Counted from the first letter of the stretch, positions 19,589 to 29,589 are shown. The stretch: DNA of 46,789 bases from a virus (IMGVR_UViG_3300049472_000089:1-46789), one strand, 5' to 3'. Notes: generated from the sequence alone by a model not told the origin. Translations and numbers: made by a program.

Positions 19589-19929
19589 TATCCGATCCTT
19601 TCGAGTTGCGATTGGTTATCTAGTGCACTGCTGATTTGCGCGCGCAACGTAGTGATTTGGTTGTTTAGCACTCCCAGCGAACCCATGGCTGGCATGTTGC
19701 CAATTAAGCCCTCTGGCGATTCTGGCTTTCCTCCAAACAAACGATCAAGCTGCCGTTTCTGCGAAGCCAATAAATCTTTGACGAGCTGGTTGACATAATC
19801 CAGGTCATTCATGAGCTGCGCAACGGCGCTTTCAGCAACAGGGCCATCAACCCGCCCGCCTTGACGACCAATTTGATTTACTGCGTTTGCAGCATATTGC
19901 GCAGTGCCCGTGTGTTTCTCTTCGTACAT
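19588..19929 (-). CDS. Hypothetical coiled-coil protein
   Basis: Start MYEEK after AGGAG. Confidence 0.65.
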   Translation of the reverse strand: MYEEKHTGTAQYAANAVNQIGRQGGRVDGPVAESAVAQLMNDLDYVNQLVKDLLASQKRQLDRLFGGKPESPEGLIGNMPAMGSLGVLNNQITTLRAQISSALDNQSQLERIG

Positions 19930-19942
19930 AAATCTCTCCTGT

Positions 19943-19969
19943 AAAAGTGGCCGGAGCCGAAGCTCCGGC
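19943..19969 (-). terminator. Intrinsic terminator after the SSB gene
   Basis: Minus strand GCCGGAGC-TTCG-GCTCCGGC-CACTTTT. Confidence 0.7.
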
Positions 19970-19978
19970 GCAAAGTGA

Positions 19979-20791
19979 TTAATCAAAGTCCTCGTCATCG
20001 TCTTCTACCACACGGCGCTTTTTCTTGCGCACCGGTGGCTCTTCATCCTCGTCGTCTTCCACAACGCGACGTTTTTTCTTAACTGGCACTTCGTCCTCGT
20101 CATCGTCTTCTACGGGGCGACGTTTTTTGACCGGTTTGCGAGGCGCATCATCTTCGTCTTCATCGTCAAAAGCGCTGCGCTTGCCTTTCTTCATATCTTC
20201 ATACTCTTCGTCGATGTCAAAGTCGCTAGCAGCAGAGCTACGTCCACCACCCAGCGGCGTATCGTGGTTCATCAGGCGAATGTTTGCCAAGCCAAGGCTA
20301 ACCCCACGGCTGCCATCTACGTCATAAGCGTATGGGCGAACCGAGATGATAGCCCAACGGCCAGAATACACCGCGGTAGAATCTTCCTCAGTGATTTTGG
20401 CGTTATCTTCCTCGCCGTCGAGAATTCCGGGGGCTTGCGTTGTGCTAGCACGCAAACGTGTCCAGCCTTTCTCATAGCCTTCGTACTCGTATTCGCCAGC
20501 ATCTGAGAATGGTAGCTTTAGACCACGCGGGCGCTTCTCGCCCCACTTTTCATCCACAACTCGCTCAACTTCTTTTTTGAGAAGCGTCAAGCTGAACCCT
20601 GGTGGAATCAAAAGCGTCACTTCGTATTGCGGCTTCTTGGTAGGGTCTTTTTTGTTGGCTTTTGGCTTTTGCACCCACATGAAGCTAGTGCGGCCAATAG
20701 GGGTGCGAATGTTCGTTCCCTGTCTTGGTCGAGAGCACTTCTTGAAGGCGTCCTCAAAATCATCGTAATCCACTTCTTTAACTTTAGCCAT
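19979..20791 (-). CDS. DUF2815 / gp2.5-like ssDNA-binding protein
   Basis: YSGRWA...PYAY...GSRGVSLGLANI...PLGGG signature; acidic tail. Confidence 0.88.
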   Translation of the reverse strand: MAKVKEVDYDDFEDAFKKCSRPRQGTNIRTPIGRTSFMWVQKPKANKKDPTKKPQYEVTLLIPPGFSLTLLKKEVERVVDEKWGEKRPRGLKLPFSDAGEYEYEGYEKGWTRLRASTTQAPGILDGEEDNAKITEEDSTAVYSGRWAIISVRPYAYDVDGSRGVSLGLANIRLMNHDTPLGGGRSSAASDFDIDEEYEDMKKGKRSAFDDEDEDDAPRKPVKKRRPVEDDDEDEVPVKKKRRVVEDDEDEEPPVRKKKRRVVEDDDEDFD

Positions 20792-20811
20792 ATCGTACTC
20801 CTTTTGGTTGA

Positions 20812-22002
20812 TTAATCAGTAAATTCGTCTTCCGCTGTTGGGCGGAGGTCGGGGCGTGGGTCATTTTCCTGTACCAGAGAAACCCCGCTGCTGCGGTTTT
20901 CCCATAGGTACGCAATGATCTTCTTTTTGGAACCTCGGAAGTAAGCCTCCATCTGTGCGGGGGTCTTTACTTTTTTCGGTGCAAAAATCTGTTTTTCAGT
21001 CAAGCCCATATCGCCTAGGTCATCCACCACACGCTGCTCACTCTTCCAGTGGCGGCGGGGTTTAGATTGAACTAAACGGTATCCTGGCGGCACCTTACCA
21101 GCTAGCGCGTCGTTGTGCGCGGCTTTCTTGATGCCTTTAAGCCATGTGTCAATCACCTTGGCGTTGGTGAGCACTTGCGCCTTTTTGCTCGGCGAGAGCG
21201 TTTCGTAAGCAGGCATAATAACTTCTCCTTTTTCATCAAAATCAGCCAGAGTCATGGCCATTACAAAGTCTTCAAGAACCGAGCAGCGCCCTACTGCAGC
21301 GGCAGGGCAGAACTTGCACCAATCGCCAGCTAAAAACTTCGCGTTTTTCTTATTGGTCGCCTTCGCTGCCTCGATTAATTCCGCGCGGAATTCCAGCAAA
21401 TCGTCGGCAGTTGTTTGCCAGCGGCGCACCGGCCCATCCTTGTGCATGCAACGTGGCTGCACGATAACCAGCTCGATGACATCAATCTGGCGGTTATGCT
21501 TGCCCGTGAGCGCCCCCAGCGCATAATACATCAGCTGCGGGTTGCGCTCCACATCTACCGCAATACCTTGGCCGTGCTTGTAATCGAACACAGTCATTTT
21601 GAAAGTCTCAGGGTCGTAAACAATCGCGTCGTTAGTGCCAAACATACCCGGGTAAACATGCGATAGGTCGAACCGCTGTTCTATGTAAAGCTCCTTATCT
21701 TCGCCCATCTCTGCGCGAACCGTATCGAGGTAGAGTTGCACGGCTGTGGCCATATTGTCGTCCACGTAGATAGCATCAAATTCTGGCGTGGATTCATAGC
21801 CCGGCACCAATTCGCCTTCGTAGCTTTCTGCGTCAACGTCATTTGTCAAGCACATTTCTGCTATTTCGTGGGCAGCAGACCCCTCGCGCGCAAACTCAGT
21901 TTGAACGTTCTCAACACCTTCGGACAGCTTAATGCTACCCGGGCACTCGATCCATCTGTGGGATGAGGAAGCTCCTAAAATTGCGTGCGCGCGAGAGGTC
22001 AT
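20812..22002 (-). CDS. DUF2800 Cas4-like PD-(D/E)xK exonuclease
   Basis: HAILGASSSHRWIECPGS, FGTND, DYKHG, NPQLMYYALG, WCKFCPA. Confidence 0.9.
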   Translation of the reverse strand: MTSRAHAILGASSSHRWIECPGSIKLSEGVENVQTEFAREGSAAHEIAEMCLTNDVDAESYEGELVPGYESTPEFDAIYVDDNMATAVQLYLDTVRAEMGEDKELYIEQRFDLSHVYPGMFGTNDAIVYDPETFKMTVFDYKHGQGIAVDVERNPQLMYYALGALTGKHNRQIDVIELVIVQPRCMHKDGPVRRWQTTADDLLEFRAELIEAAKATNKKNAKFLAGDWCKFCPAAAVGRCSVLEDFVMAMTLADFDEKGEVIMPAYETLSPSKKAQVLTNAKVIDTWLKGIKKAAHNDALAGKVPPGYRLVQSKPRRHWKSEQRVVDDLGDMGLTEKQIFAPKKVKTPAQMEAYFRGSKKKIIAYLWENRSSGVSLVQENDPRPDLRPTAEDEFTD

Positions 22003-22007
22003 ACGGC

Positions 22008-22553
22008 TTACTCTACTTCAATAGATTCAGGGTCATCAATCACTTCTTGACAGCGATCAATGAACGCCTGCATCTTTTTCTCAGGCACTTTGCTCGCTCC
22101 TGCCACGCCGAACTCTGCAAGGATCGCTTGCGCATGGTCAGAACCCGCACCTTTAGCGCGCGCCACACGACGCACCATAATGCGGCATCCGTCCACGGTG
22201 GCAGGTTGCTCTTCGCCATCATCCACCAACTCTTTCAATTTAGCAGGCTCAGCGGCTTTCTTCTTTTTGACAGGTGCTTCTTCCTCTTCGTCTTCCTCGA
22301 CTGCCTTTTTCGGCGCAGCTTTCTTAGCTGGCGGTGCTTCTTCCTCTTCGTCGTCTTCTACAGGTGCTGCCGCCTTTTTGGGCGCAACTTTCTTAGGCGG
22401 CATGACGTCTTGCGTTTTATCGGCCACCACGCCCTCTTTTGCTTGTGCGGCGGTGGGAAGCGGATTTCCGACATGCAAACCCACGATGAAATTGCGCAAC
22501 TGGGTAGCTGCATCAAGCCCATTTTCTCCTGTAATTACTATTTGAACACTCAT
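22008..22553 (-). CDS. Acidic/Lys-rich replication-module protein
   Basis: Start MSVQ after GAGGAG; EDDEEE/PAKK repeats; small C-terminal helical domain of the type usually found next to DUF2800. Confidence 0.7.
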   Translation of the reverse strand: MSVQIVITGENGLDAATQLRNFIVGLHVGNPLPTAAQAKEGVVADKTQDVMPPKKVAPKKAAAPVEDDEEEEAPPAKKAAPKKAVEEDEEEEAPVKKKKAAEPAKLKELVDDGEEQPATVDGCRIMVRRVARAKGAGSDHAQAILAEFGVAGASKVPEKKMQAFIDRCQEVIDDPESIEVE

Positions 22554-22626
22554 ATTAATCTCCTCTGTTAAGCCCCGACTTATAGACCCCTGTTGCACCC
22601 GGCGGCGATAGCACAACAACGGTATT

Positions 22627-23922
22627 TTATGCTCCGAATAACTCTTCGCTTTCCTGAGCTCGCCGCGTAAATGCGGCGGTTATCTTAGCATGAAGCGAGC
22701 CAGCTACTCCCGCAAATTCTACAAGCACACCAGAGAGCGCTATCTTTCCAATCCGGTCGAGCCTTCCAATGGCTTGTTCATTATCTGTCGGCACCCAGGA
22801 ATACTCAGCGAGCAGCATCCGACTGGCCACATGCTGCAGGCCATCAAGACCAGTACCAGCAGCAGTGATTTGGCCAATGAAGGCAAACTTCTTTTTGTCG
22901 CCAATGAAACTCTTTTTTGCATCGTCTTTCTGCCTTTCTGTCATACCGCCCCAATAAACCGCAGAATCATACCCGCGTTTCTTGAGCCCTTTGTGAATAC
23001 CCTCGATCACCTCGCGATGATACGCCACAACCACCACCTTCTTTTCGCCATTATCAAATTTGTCAGCCAGCCACTCTGTAACAGGGCCAATTAGCAGCAT
23101 GCCCGTGTAGCGGCGAAGCGTGGCCGAGTGGCCAGTGATGTTAGCAAGCCCCTCAATCCCGTGGCGTTTTACAGTGCGCGCCACAAGCATGCCCTCGTCG
23201 CCCGCCTCTTGCGCGAGCAGCGCTTTAAGCCCTGCGCCCACGTCGAATAGAACGGTGCCGATAATAGGCGCCTTCCAGTCCTTCATGACATCTCGTTTCA
23301 ATCTGCGCAGCATGTAAGGGGCAAGTCGATCGCGCAGCTCCTCTTGGTTTTTGTGGCCTTTCACCACAATGCCGTAAGGGCCGTTATAGTATTCGCAATA
23401 GCGCTTGACAAAAGACCAATAGTCCATGGTGCCGCGCTTCCGAACGTGCAGACTGCCAGGGACTACCGCCCGCATAAGCGGAAACAAATTACGCGCATCG
23501 CGAGGCATTGGCGTGCCAGTAGCAACCCACACTCTTTCCGCGCGGGCGATGATGCCGTCTAAGCCATATTCTTCTTCACCAAAAATCTTTTGCGTGCGGC
23601 CGCTCGTTTCATTGCCAAGCATGTGCACTTCGTCCAGCCCGAGCACTGCCATCTGGCGGGGCATGGCTTTATCGCGGGCATGGTTGTAGCTGTAAGCGGC
23701 TTGGTGCTCCAAAATGCTATTTGCTTTCATAGCGCCCAGCCATTGCGTGCGGACGCTTGCCGGTCCTATCACATCTAGCCCGTCAAATCCTGCCCGCTCA
23801 GCGCCTTTAATCAGCTGGATGGTCTTACCCAAGCCCGGCGCATCAAACAGCAGCGCACGGTGCCTTGAGGCGAGCCAGCTCGCGCCATAATCCTGAAACG
23901 GCATGAGGTTGATTGCTGACAT
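22627..23922 (-). CDS. SNF2-family helicase
   Basis: PGLGKT, DEVH, ATGTP, MLRR, GTGLDG, QAIGRLDRIG. Confidence 0.92.
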   Translation of the reverse strand: MSAINLMPFQDYGASWLASRHRALLFDAPGLGKTIQLIKGAERAGFDGLDVIGPASVRTQWLGAMKANSILEHQAAYSYNHARDKAMPRQMAVLGLDEVHMLGNETSGRTQKIFGEEEYGLDGIIARAERVWVATGTPMPRDARNLFPLMRAVVPGSLHVRKRGTMDYWSFVKRYCEYYNGPYGIVVKGHKNQEELRDRLAPYMLRRLKRDVMKDWKAPIIGTVLFDVGAGLKALLAQEAGDEGMLVARTVKRHGIEGLANITGHSATLRRYTGMLLIGPVTEWLADKFDNGEKKVVVVAYHREVIEGIHKGLKKRGYDSAVYWGGMTERQKDDAKKSFIGDKKKFAFIGQITAAGTGLDGLQHVASRMLLAEYSWVPTDNEQAIGRLDRIGKIALSGVLVEFAGVAGSLHAKITAAFTRRAQESEELFGA

Positions 23923-24380
23923 TAATCTAAATCCTCTATACAGGTGCGGAGTGGACGAACCTCAACACGCAAACGGGGACGGCTTGAAAACACTTTATGC
24001 GCATGCAATGAGACCACTTGGTTGTCATCCACCACAACAATATTGTTAATTCCGTCCAAAGCGCTCTTCACGTAGTTATCAATGTCAGGTTTCGTGCACG
24101 GGCGAACAAACCCACTTACCATGTCGGTAATTTTCTTTTTTGACGCAGACTTAGGATAGGCGAGATAAACGTGCACGAACACTTCTACCGCGCCGGTAAA
24201 TGGCGCCCGGTCGCCCATAGCTTCGCCTGCAGCATGGCGGACAAGGTGCTCGTACTTACGAGTATGCGCTGGCGTAAATACGGTGGTAAAGGCTTTGTCG
24301 CCTTTGCCCACTCTGCCCACGCGGCCGCGTCCCTTGGCTTCCACTTTGCCAGCGACTTCAAATGTTATCTTGTCGCGCAT
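23922..24380 (-). CDS. rusA: RusA-family Holliday junction resolvase
   Basis: KPDIDNYVKSALDGIN...DDNQV. Confidence 0.92.
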   Translation of the reverse strand: MRDKITFEVAGKVEAKGRGRVGRVGKGDKAFTTVFTPAHTRKYEHLVRHAAGEAMGDRAPFTGAVEVFVHVYLAYPKSASKKKITDMVSGFVRPCTKPDIDNYVKSALDGINNIVVVDDNQVVSLHAHKVFSSRPRLRVEVRPLRTCIEDLD

Positions 24381-24865
24381 CAGTCTTTTGTCTCATCGTG
24401 TGTTTGAAATAGTGGCACATCAAGTTTTCTGTAATTAGAATATGTCGGTGGCACTTCAACGGCTTTGTACCGTGGAACCATGCGATCCTCAACAACGGGT
24501 GAATGAGCACAATCTCTATACGCTTTGCATGCTTCTTGAAAAGACACTGTGGGGGCGTCTCTTAGCTCTTTATCGTGCACCTCTTGGCACTCTGCAGCGA
24601 TGGCCATGTACGCCGCCGCGTCCACGTAGTTATCTGTGTGGCCTGTAGCGCCGCAAGCAATGCGCGCGAGCTTGCTCAGCACCATGTCAATGGCTTCATC
24701 GTGCGCAGGGTGGTATTTGTTGCCCGCCGCTTTGTGATAAACTGCTTTCAGCTCTGCAGCTATGCAAAGATTAGGGAAGGGGTCGCCATACGACTCGTTG
24801 CGGCTTTTTACGGTAGCACTGAGCGCTTGCTCAAGAACGACGGCACGAACTGATTTAGGTTTCAT
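24380..24865 (-). CDS. DUF6378-like protein
   Basis: RNESYGDP...MVLSKLAR...DNYVDAAAYMA. Confidence 0.75.
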   Translation of the reverse strand: MKPKSVRAVVLEQALSATVKSRNESYGDPFPNLCIAAELKAVYHKAAGNKYHPAHDEAIDMVLSKLARIACGATGHTDNYVDAAAYMAIAAECQEVHDKELRDAPTVSFQEACKAYRDCAHSPVVEDRMVPRYKAVEVPPTYSNYRKLDVPLFQTHDETKD

Positions 24866-25065
24866 TTTTTCCTCCCTTGGTAGTTATCCATAAACGCGAT
24901 CACCTTGCGGACTGTTTTAAGACGAGGCGAACGAGCCCCCGTTCTCAGGTCGCTAACAAAGTTAAAATCACCTACAGCTTTCATGCCGAATTGCGTCTCG
25001 GTCATGTCGCCGTTCTGTTGTCGGAAGTTGTCAATTGTTGCCAGTAGTTCGGTTTCGGTAAGCAT
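24862..25065 (-). CDS. Cro-like HTH regulator
   Basis: MTETQFGMKAVGDFNFVSDLRTG.RSPRLKT pattern; first gene of the leftward replication operon, divergent from the primase. Confidence 0.75.
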   Translation of the reverse strand: MLTETELLATIDNFRQQNGDMTETQFGMKAVGDFNFVSDLRTGARSPRLKTVRKVIAFMDNYQGRKK

Positions 25066-25215
25066 GGCGACTATCTTCTTTCTGATTTCAATTGCGAAAA
25101 ATAAATAATTAGGTTAGTTCCTAATAATTCATGTTGCAAAGTATATGTCAAGTGGTTTATGTTATAAAACTTCAAGACGGAAATTATCTCTAATCATCAA
25201 TAAGGCGTAAAGAGC
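25066..25215. promoter_or_regulatory. AT-rich divergent promoter region
   Basis: Non-coding, AT-rich; contains TTGCAA (+) and TTGACA (-) -35-like hexamers. Confidence 0.55.
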
Positions 25216-27342
25216 ATGGCGAGTAAATTAGAACAGGCATTAAAGCTCGCAATGAACGGTTACTATTTGTTTCCGCTCGAAGAAAACAAGAAAATACCCG
25301 AAGCGGGCTACCCGTGGAAACACCGTTCCACCACAGACCCTGAGACAATAAAAGGGTGGTTCAAAGATAAATTCATGGGATGGGAGCATAATCCGAATAT
25401 CGGCATCGACTGTGGCAAATCTGGCCTCTATGTTATCGACGTTGACGTGAAAGAGGGAAAACGCGGCGATAAGACCATAGCCGCACTTGAAAAGAAGCAC
25501 GGATTAACTCCAACCCTCGAGTCCGTGACACCCACAGGCGGCCGCCACCTCATTTATAAAAACACAAAAGAGTTATGCAATACCGCAGAGAAATTAGGCG
25601 CTGGAATTGACACGCGCGGCGTTGGTGGGTTCATTGTTGCGCCTGGCAGTGAGATCGACGGGAACGTCTATAAGTTTGTGAATAAAAAACAGGTGGCAGA
25701 GCTCGACGGTTGGATAGCTGAGACGCTGCACGAATACCGCTTCAAGCCTAAAAAAGATAAGGGCGATACGGTCACAGAAGACGACCCCGCTGACATTAAA
25801 CGCGCGATTGCATGGCTGCAAGAAAATGCTGAGTACGCCGTAGAAGGCGAAGGTGGCGACCACGTCACTTATGCCACGGCGGCCAAGCTGCGCGACCTCG
25901 GCTGCTCAGAAGACACCACGCTTGAACTCATGCTTGAGCACTGGAATGATGAATGTGACCCGCCATGGGACGCGGACGATTTAGCCTACAAAGTGAAAAA
26001 CGCATTTCGCTATGGTCAAAGCGCTACGGGCGCCTCTTCACCCGATGCGGATTTTGACGACAAAGCCATACCCGCCTCTATGAAAAAACAAAAAGAAGAG
26101 CGCAAAGCCAGCAAAAGTGCTATTCGTCTTTTAGCGCCGTTTGATGTCAATAAAATTCCACGTCGCGAATGGGTTTTTAGCTTCCTTGCACTTGCGCGCA
26201 AGGTGACGCTATTGGTGGCGCCCGCAGGTGCCGGTAAGTCCACTCTCACGCTTTCCATTGCTATCAGCAAAGCCACAGGGCGCGACATTCTCGGGCTCGA
26301 CCCTAAAGGCCGCGGCAGGGTGTGGGTGTATAACAACGAGGATGACATGGAAGAGATGCAACGCCGCATTGGCGCCATTATGCAGCATTTCGGCATACCC
26401 ATGGAAGAGTTATTCGACGAAGACGTGCGGCAAGACCAGCGTTGTTACCTTGCTGTCACCAGTGGCGAAGATAGGCCGCTAAAAATAGCGCGCAGAGGCG
26501 ACGCTGGCGAGATACGCTCCGTCGATACGAAACAAATCATCGCGGACATTATAGAAAACGACGTGAAGCTCCTTATCGTCGATCCGTTCAGCGAAACCCA
26601 CGAAGCAGACGAGAACGACAATAAGCAGATTCAGGAAGTGGCAAAGCTCTACCGCAGAATCGCATGGGAAACAGGCTGCGCGGTTTTTCTTGTTCACCAT
26701 ACCAAGAAACTTGATATAGCGAGCAGTGACGGCCATGACGGAAACCTCGATACGGTTCGCGGTGCGTCATCGCTTGGCGGTGTAGCGCGTTTGGTGCTCA
26801 CGTATTTCACTATGAGCAAGCTCAGGGCGAAAGCGTTTGGCGTCCCCGAAGACCAACATAAGAGATACACCGGCCTATCTATCGCAAAAGCCAATATGTC
26901 GGCTGCCAGTGGCGACACTATCTGGTTCGAGAAAGTCGGCGAAAAAATAGGCGTGCAAGAATGGGACGACGAAGGCGAAGAAGTCGGCGTGCTGCGTCCT
27001 GTGAAACTATCGCGCGACAATACTGAGAAGCTCAAAGACGTAAACCGCGAGCTGCTCTATGACATTGAAAGCGCTTGCGATGGTGGCACCGTGCTTGTGT
27101 CTGCGCTGGCGGAAGACTTGGTGAAACACTACCCTATGCAGCAAGGCAAGCAAGCGAAGTCGCTAGAAAAGGCCATTCTGCGCATGTTCGATCATGGCGA
27201 GCAAAGTCATTTTGGAAAAAATCATCGCCTTGAAATAGTTGAGCGCGATTCTACCAAAGCACGCGGCCCTCGCAAAGTGGCGGCTGTCCGCTGCGTTCCT
27301 ACTAACGCCCTAAACACACCAGAGGAAGAGAGCTTGATGTGA
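25216..27342 (+). CDS. Bifunctional primase-polymerase fused to an AAA_25/RepA-like helicase
   Basis: NIGIDCG..GLYVIDVD, TPTGGRHL, GIDTRG..GFIVAPGS; Walker A APAGAGKST, Walker B LIVDP, LVHHTKK, RGASSL. Confidence 0.92.
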   Translation: MASKLEQALKLAMNGYYLFPLEENKKIPEAGYPWKHRSTTDPETIKGWFKDKFMGWEHNPNIGIDCGKSGLYVIDVDVKEGKRGDKTIAALEKKHGLTPTLESVTPTGGRHLIYKNTKELCNTAEKLGAGIDTRGVGGFIVAPGSEIDGNVYKFVNKKQVAELDGWIAETLHEYRFKPKKDKGDTVTEDDPADIKRAIAWLQENAEYAVEGEGGDHVTYATAAKLRDLGCSEDTTLELMLEHWNDECDPPWDADDLAYKVKNAFRYGQSATGASSPDADFDDKAIPASMKKQKEERKASKSAIRLLAPFDVNKIPRREWVFSFLALARKVTLLVAPAGAGKSTLTLSIAISKATGRDILGLDPKGRGRVWVYNNEDDMEEMQRRIGAIMQHFGIPMEELFDEDVRQDQRCYLAVTSGEDRPLKIARRGDAGEIRSVDTKQIIADIIENDVKLLIVDPFSETHEADENDNKQIQEVAKLYRRIAWETGCAVFLVHHTKKLDIASSDGHDGNLDTVRGASSLGGVARLVLTYFTMSKLRAKAFGVPEDQHKRYTGLSIAKANMSAASGDTIWFEKVGEKIGVQEWDDEGEEVGVLRPVKLSRDNTEKLKDVNRELLYDIESACDGGTVLVSALAEDLVKHYPMQQGKQAKSLEKAILRMFDHGEQSHFGKNHRLEIVERDSTKARGPRKVAAVRCVPTNALNTPEEESLM

Positions 27343-27557
27343 TAAGCCATGACATATTTGGGACAAAACCCCTGATTGATTTGCTTAAATTAGATTTCCA
27401 GTATCTCGCCCATGAATCCGACGATACTTGGAAAGCGCTTTTCCTGCGCGAGAACGGCGAGGAAGTGGTTGGGCGCGGCAAGTGCCCGCGGTCTGCTATG
27501 CACGATGCCGTAAATACTGAATGGAAAGACACCCAACAAAAGGATGCGACGCTATGA
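27339..27557 (+). CDS. Hypothetical protein
   Basis: Overlaps the primase stop. Confidence 0.55.
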   Translation: MISHDIFGTKPLIDLLKLDFQYLAHESDDTWKALFLRENGEEVVGRGKCPRSAMHDAVNTEWKDTQQKDATL

Positions 27558-27733
27558 AAAGATTGAAACTGATACAAACAACCCAAGGCGCCCTAGAGCC
27601 AAAACGTCCACGCGATAAAGCAATGTTCGAGCATTGTTGCGGTGGCGATTTTGCCATATCAACCGAATTCCTCCCCACCTTTGCGCGTGTTGCTGCGGCG
27701 CATGGCTACCGTGTCGTAGTGGAGGCGGAGTAA
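27554..27733 (+). CDS. Hypothetical protein
   Basis: ATGA-coupled; start MKRLK. Confidence 0.55.
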   Translation: MKRLKLIQTTQGALEPKRPRDKAMFEHCCGGDFAISTEFLPTFARVAAAHGYRVVVEAE

Positions 27734-27954
27734 TGGCCAGTTTGGATCAACTGTTTAGAGACGCCGCTGTGCTCGGATTGCAGCTCGGCAAGCTGGCGCA
27801 GTACACTTACACCCTTAGCGGCGAAACGCGCAACAACCATTGGGAGGCGCATTTTCACGACGCTAAGGGCAAAGGCTATCAAGGCGCAGGGCGAACTCCC
27901 GCTCAAGCAGTTCAAGCGGCTTTACCCACTCCCGATTTGGATTTTCTTGACTGA
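27733..27954 (+). CDS. Hypothetical protein ending in LDFLD
   Basis: TAATG-coupled, GGAG RBS; start MASLDQ. Confidence 0.65.
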   Translation: MASLDQLFRDAAVLGLQLGKLAQYTYTLSGETRNNHWEAHFHDAKGKGYQGAGRTPAQAVQAALPTPDLDFLD

Positions 27955-28031
27955 TTGCGCGTCCTTGAACCACGCTAGCTTCGCCATTAGCGCCACAGCA
28001 CCGATTGACGTGGCGCAGCATGTGGCGAATA

Positions 28032-28208
28032 CTAGGCGCATGATTTTTCACCCTCTTTGTTAGCATTATGCCCACACCAAGCGCAGCAACCTGAATTAAC
28101 CGCCATTGCATAATTTTCTTTACCACAAGCAAAGCAACGAATCATACATACGGTTCCGTCATCTTTACAATACCCAAAACCTTTACCTTTGCGCACATCT
28201 ATTGTCAT
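28032..28208 (-). CDS. Small Zn-ribbon protein (58 aa; missing from the ORF track)
   Basis: Manual translation MTIDVRKG...RCFACGKENY...GCCAWCGH; ATGA-coupled to the upstream gene. Confidence 0.65.
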   Translation of the reverse strand: MTIDVRKGKGFGYCKDDGTVCMIRCFACGKENYAMAVNSGCCAWCGHNANKEGEKSCA

Positions 28209-28501
28209 CTCCGTCCCTCCTGATATTTTTCAAGCGCATCTTTTACTACAAGGGCAAACTCGCCCCCATTAATTTTTGCCCAATTATTACATAATATAAG
28301 CACCATGCTGCATATCTCCCCCTCACTCGGCGGTGCTTCCAAGGCGGCGATTCGTGCGCGGAGGGTGGCGACCTCTTGCTGTAATGCAGTAGGCGGCATC
28401 ACCACATAATTTGATGTATCAAACTTGTGGTAGGATAAGCTGCACAAGCACGGCATCTTCATTGAACCGCAATCGGTGCATTGTATTCTTCCTACTTCCA
28501 T
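28205..28501 (-). CDS. Small Cys-rich early protein
   Basis: CTDC...CLC; AAGGAG RBS. Confidence 0.6.
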   Translation of the reverse strand: MEVGRIQCTDCGSMKMPCLCSLSYHKFDTSNYVVMPPTALQQEVATLRARIAALEAPPSEGEICSMVLILCNNWAKINGGEFALVVKDALEKYQEGRR

Positions 28502-28504
28502 AAA

Positions 28505-28819
28505 TCATTTCTCCTTCAATGCGGCTGGTTTATACCCCTTCGGATTATCACAGAATCTATGCGCCATAACTTGAGCAGATTTTCCATCAATCGTTTTTAT
28601 TGGAATCAGTGTCCACTTGTGAGAATTTCCCATTGGTTGTTGGCAGTTATAACAAACCCGCTTTGGTGTTGGTGGTGCGGGTAGATGCGGCGTGACTGCG
28701 GCGATTACGTTTTTAGTAATATAGTCGCTAATTTCACCCCATGTGCCAAGTGGATGCAAAGACATATTATGACACGAATCCGCCACGGCAACCTTCAGTG
28801 ATTCTACAAGTGCGCTCAT
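28505..28819 (-). CDS. Small early protein with Zn-binding C-terminus
   Basis: Start MSALVES (ATGA overlap); CYNC...H..C; ends AALKEK. Confidence 0.6.
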   Translation of the reverse strand: MSALVESLKVAVADSCHNMSLHPLGTWGEISDYITKNVIAAVTPHLPAPPTPKRVCYNCQQPMGNSHKWTLIPIKTIDGKSAQVMAHRFCDNPKGYKPAALKEK

Positions 28820-28839
28820 GGTTTCTCCTTCAATGCGGC
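28508..28839. repeat. 18-bp gene-end direct repeat TTTCTCCTTCAATGCGGC (28508-28525; 28822-28839)
   Basis: Exact match; encodes AALKEK plus the AAGGAG RBS of the next gene. Confidence 0.85.
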
Positions 28840-29112
28840 GAGTGCTGCTTTCACAATCCTGATGCAATCACCAACGGCTATTGATTCAGTAATTCCACCA
28901 CTATCCACACAGCATTGTTTAAAGTTTTCAAGGCGCTTAACTATAGGGTTATCATCCAAATCCACAATAACGATGTTGGGTTGGCAGAGCTTTTCGCTTA
29001 GGGGGAGGGCAGTCGCAGCAATCTCCATCCAGTAACGTTCACCATCAATACTGTTTATCTCCCGCAATTTATCCCGCACACTAGCTGGGATGGTGTTAAG
29101 GTCGTTGGTCAT
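28816..29112 (-). CDS. Small early protein (MTNDLN...AALKEKP)
   Basis: ORF in the leftward array. Confidence 0.65.
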   Translation of the reverse strand: MTNDLNTIPASVRDKLREINSIDGERYWMEIAATALPLSEKLCQPNIVIVDLDDNPIVKRLENFKQCCVDSGGITESIAVGDCIRIVKAALAALKEKP

Positions 29113-29115
29113 GGT

Positions 29116-29307
29116 TTAATCCCTCAAATAATCATCGGTGTTAAAAGACATTTGCCCTTCATGCAATTGAGCGTTTGTATGGTCAACCACAACGATATGA
29201 TGCGGGTGGCAGTTATCGTTTATCCATTCCATTAGTGGGCGACATGCTTCGGCGAATGCTTCTCGGTTATATGTTGAGTAAAACTCTTTACGCGGTTTTT
29301 CGGGCAT
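29116..29307 (-). CDS. Small early protein
   Basis: F..ACRPLMEWI..NCHPH motif; tiles the array. Confidence 0.65.
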   Translation of the reverse strand: MPEKPRKEFYSTYNREAFAEACRPLMEWINDNCHPHHIVVVDHTNAQLHEGQMSFNTDDYLRD

Positions 29308-29554
29308 CTACTTGTCCTTCCAAAAATTTAATTGTTTCTCTCAAGTCTCTATTTTCATCTTCTAGTTCATCGCATCGCTTTTCAAGTTGCTGGTAGTTTT
29401 CTTCCCACCACTCAGCAGCCTCACGAAGCTGGGAATTGGCTTTTCGTATTTGCTCAAGTAATTTGACGCCGTTTTTTACGCCATCTTCAAAAATCTCAAT
29501 AACCTCATCAATAATAGGGCAGGTGTTATCTGGTAGTTTATATGTGGTCGCCAT
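29288..29554 (-). CDS. Small coiled-coil early protein
   Basis: PDNTCPIID...LEQIRKANSQLR; AAGGAG RBS. Confidence 0.7.
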   Translation of the reverse strand: MATTYKLPDNTCPIIDEVIEIFEDGVKNGVKLLEQIRKANSQLREAAEWWEENYQQLEKRCDELEDENRDLRETIKFLEGQVDARKTA

Positions 29555-29589
29555 CTGCTACTCTCCTTGTGCTTTGTTAAGGTCGTTGG

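Noticed and set aside
20812-22002. Cas4 as evidence for CRISPR-Cas
   Set aside because: It is a DUF2800 nuclease in the standard phage SSB/PolA/helicase module
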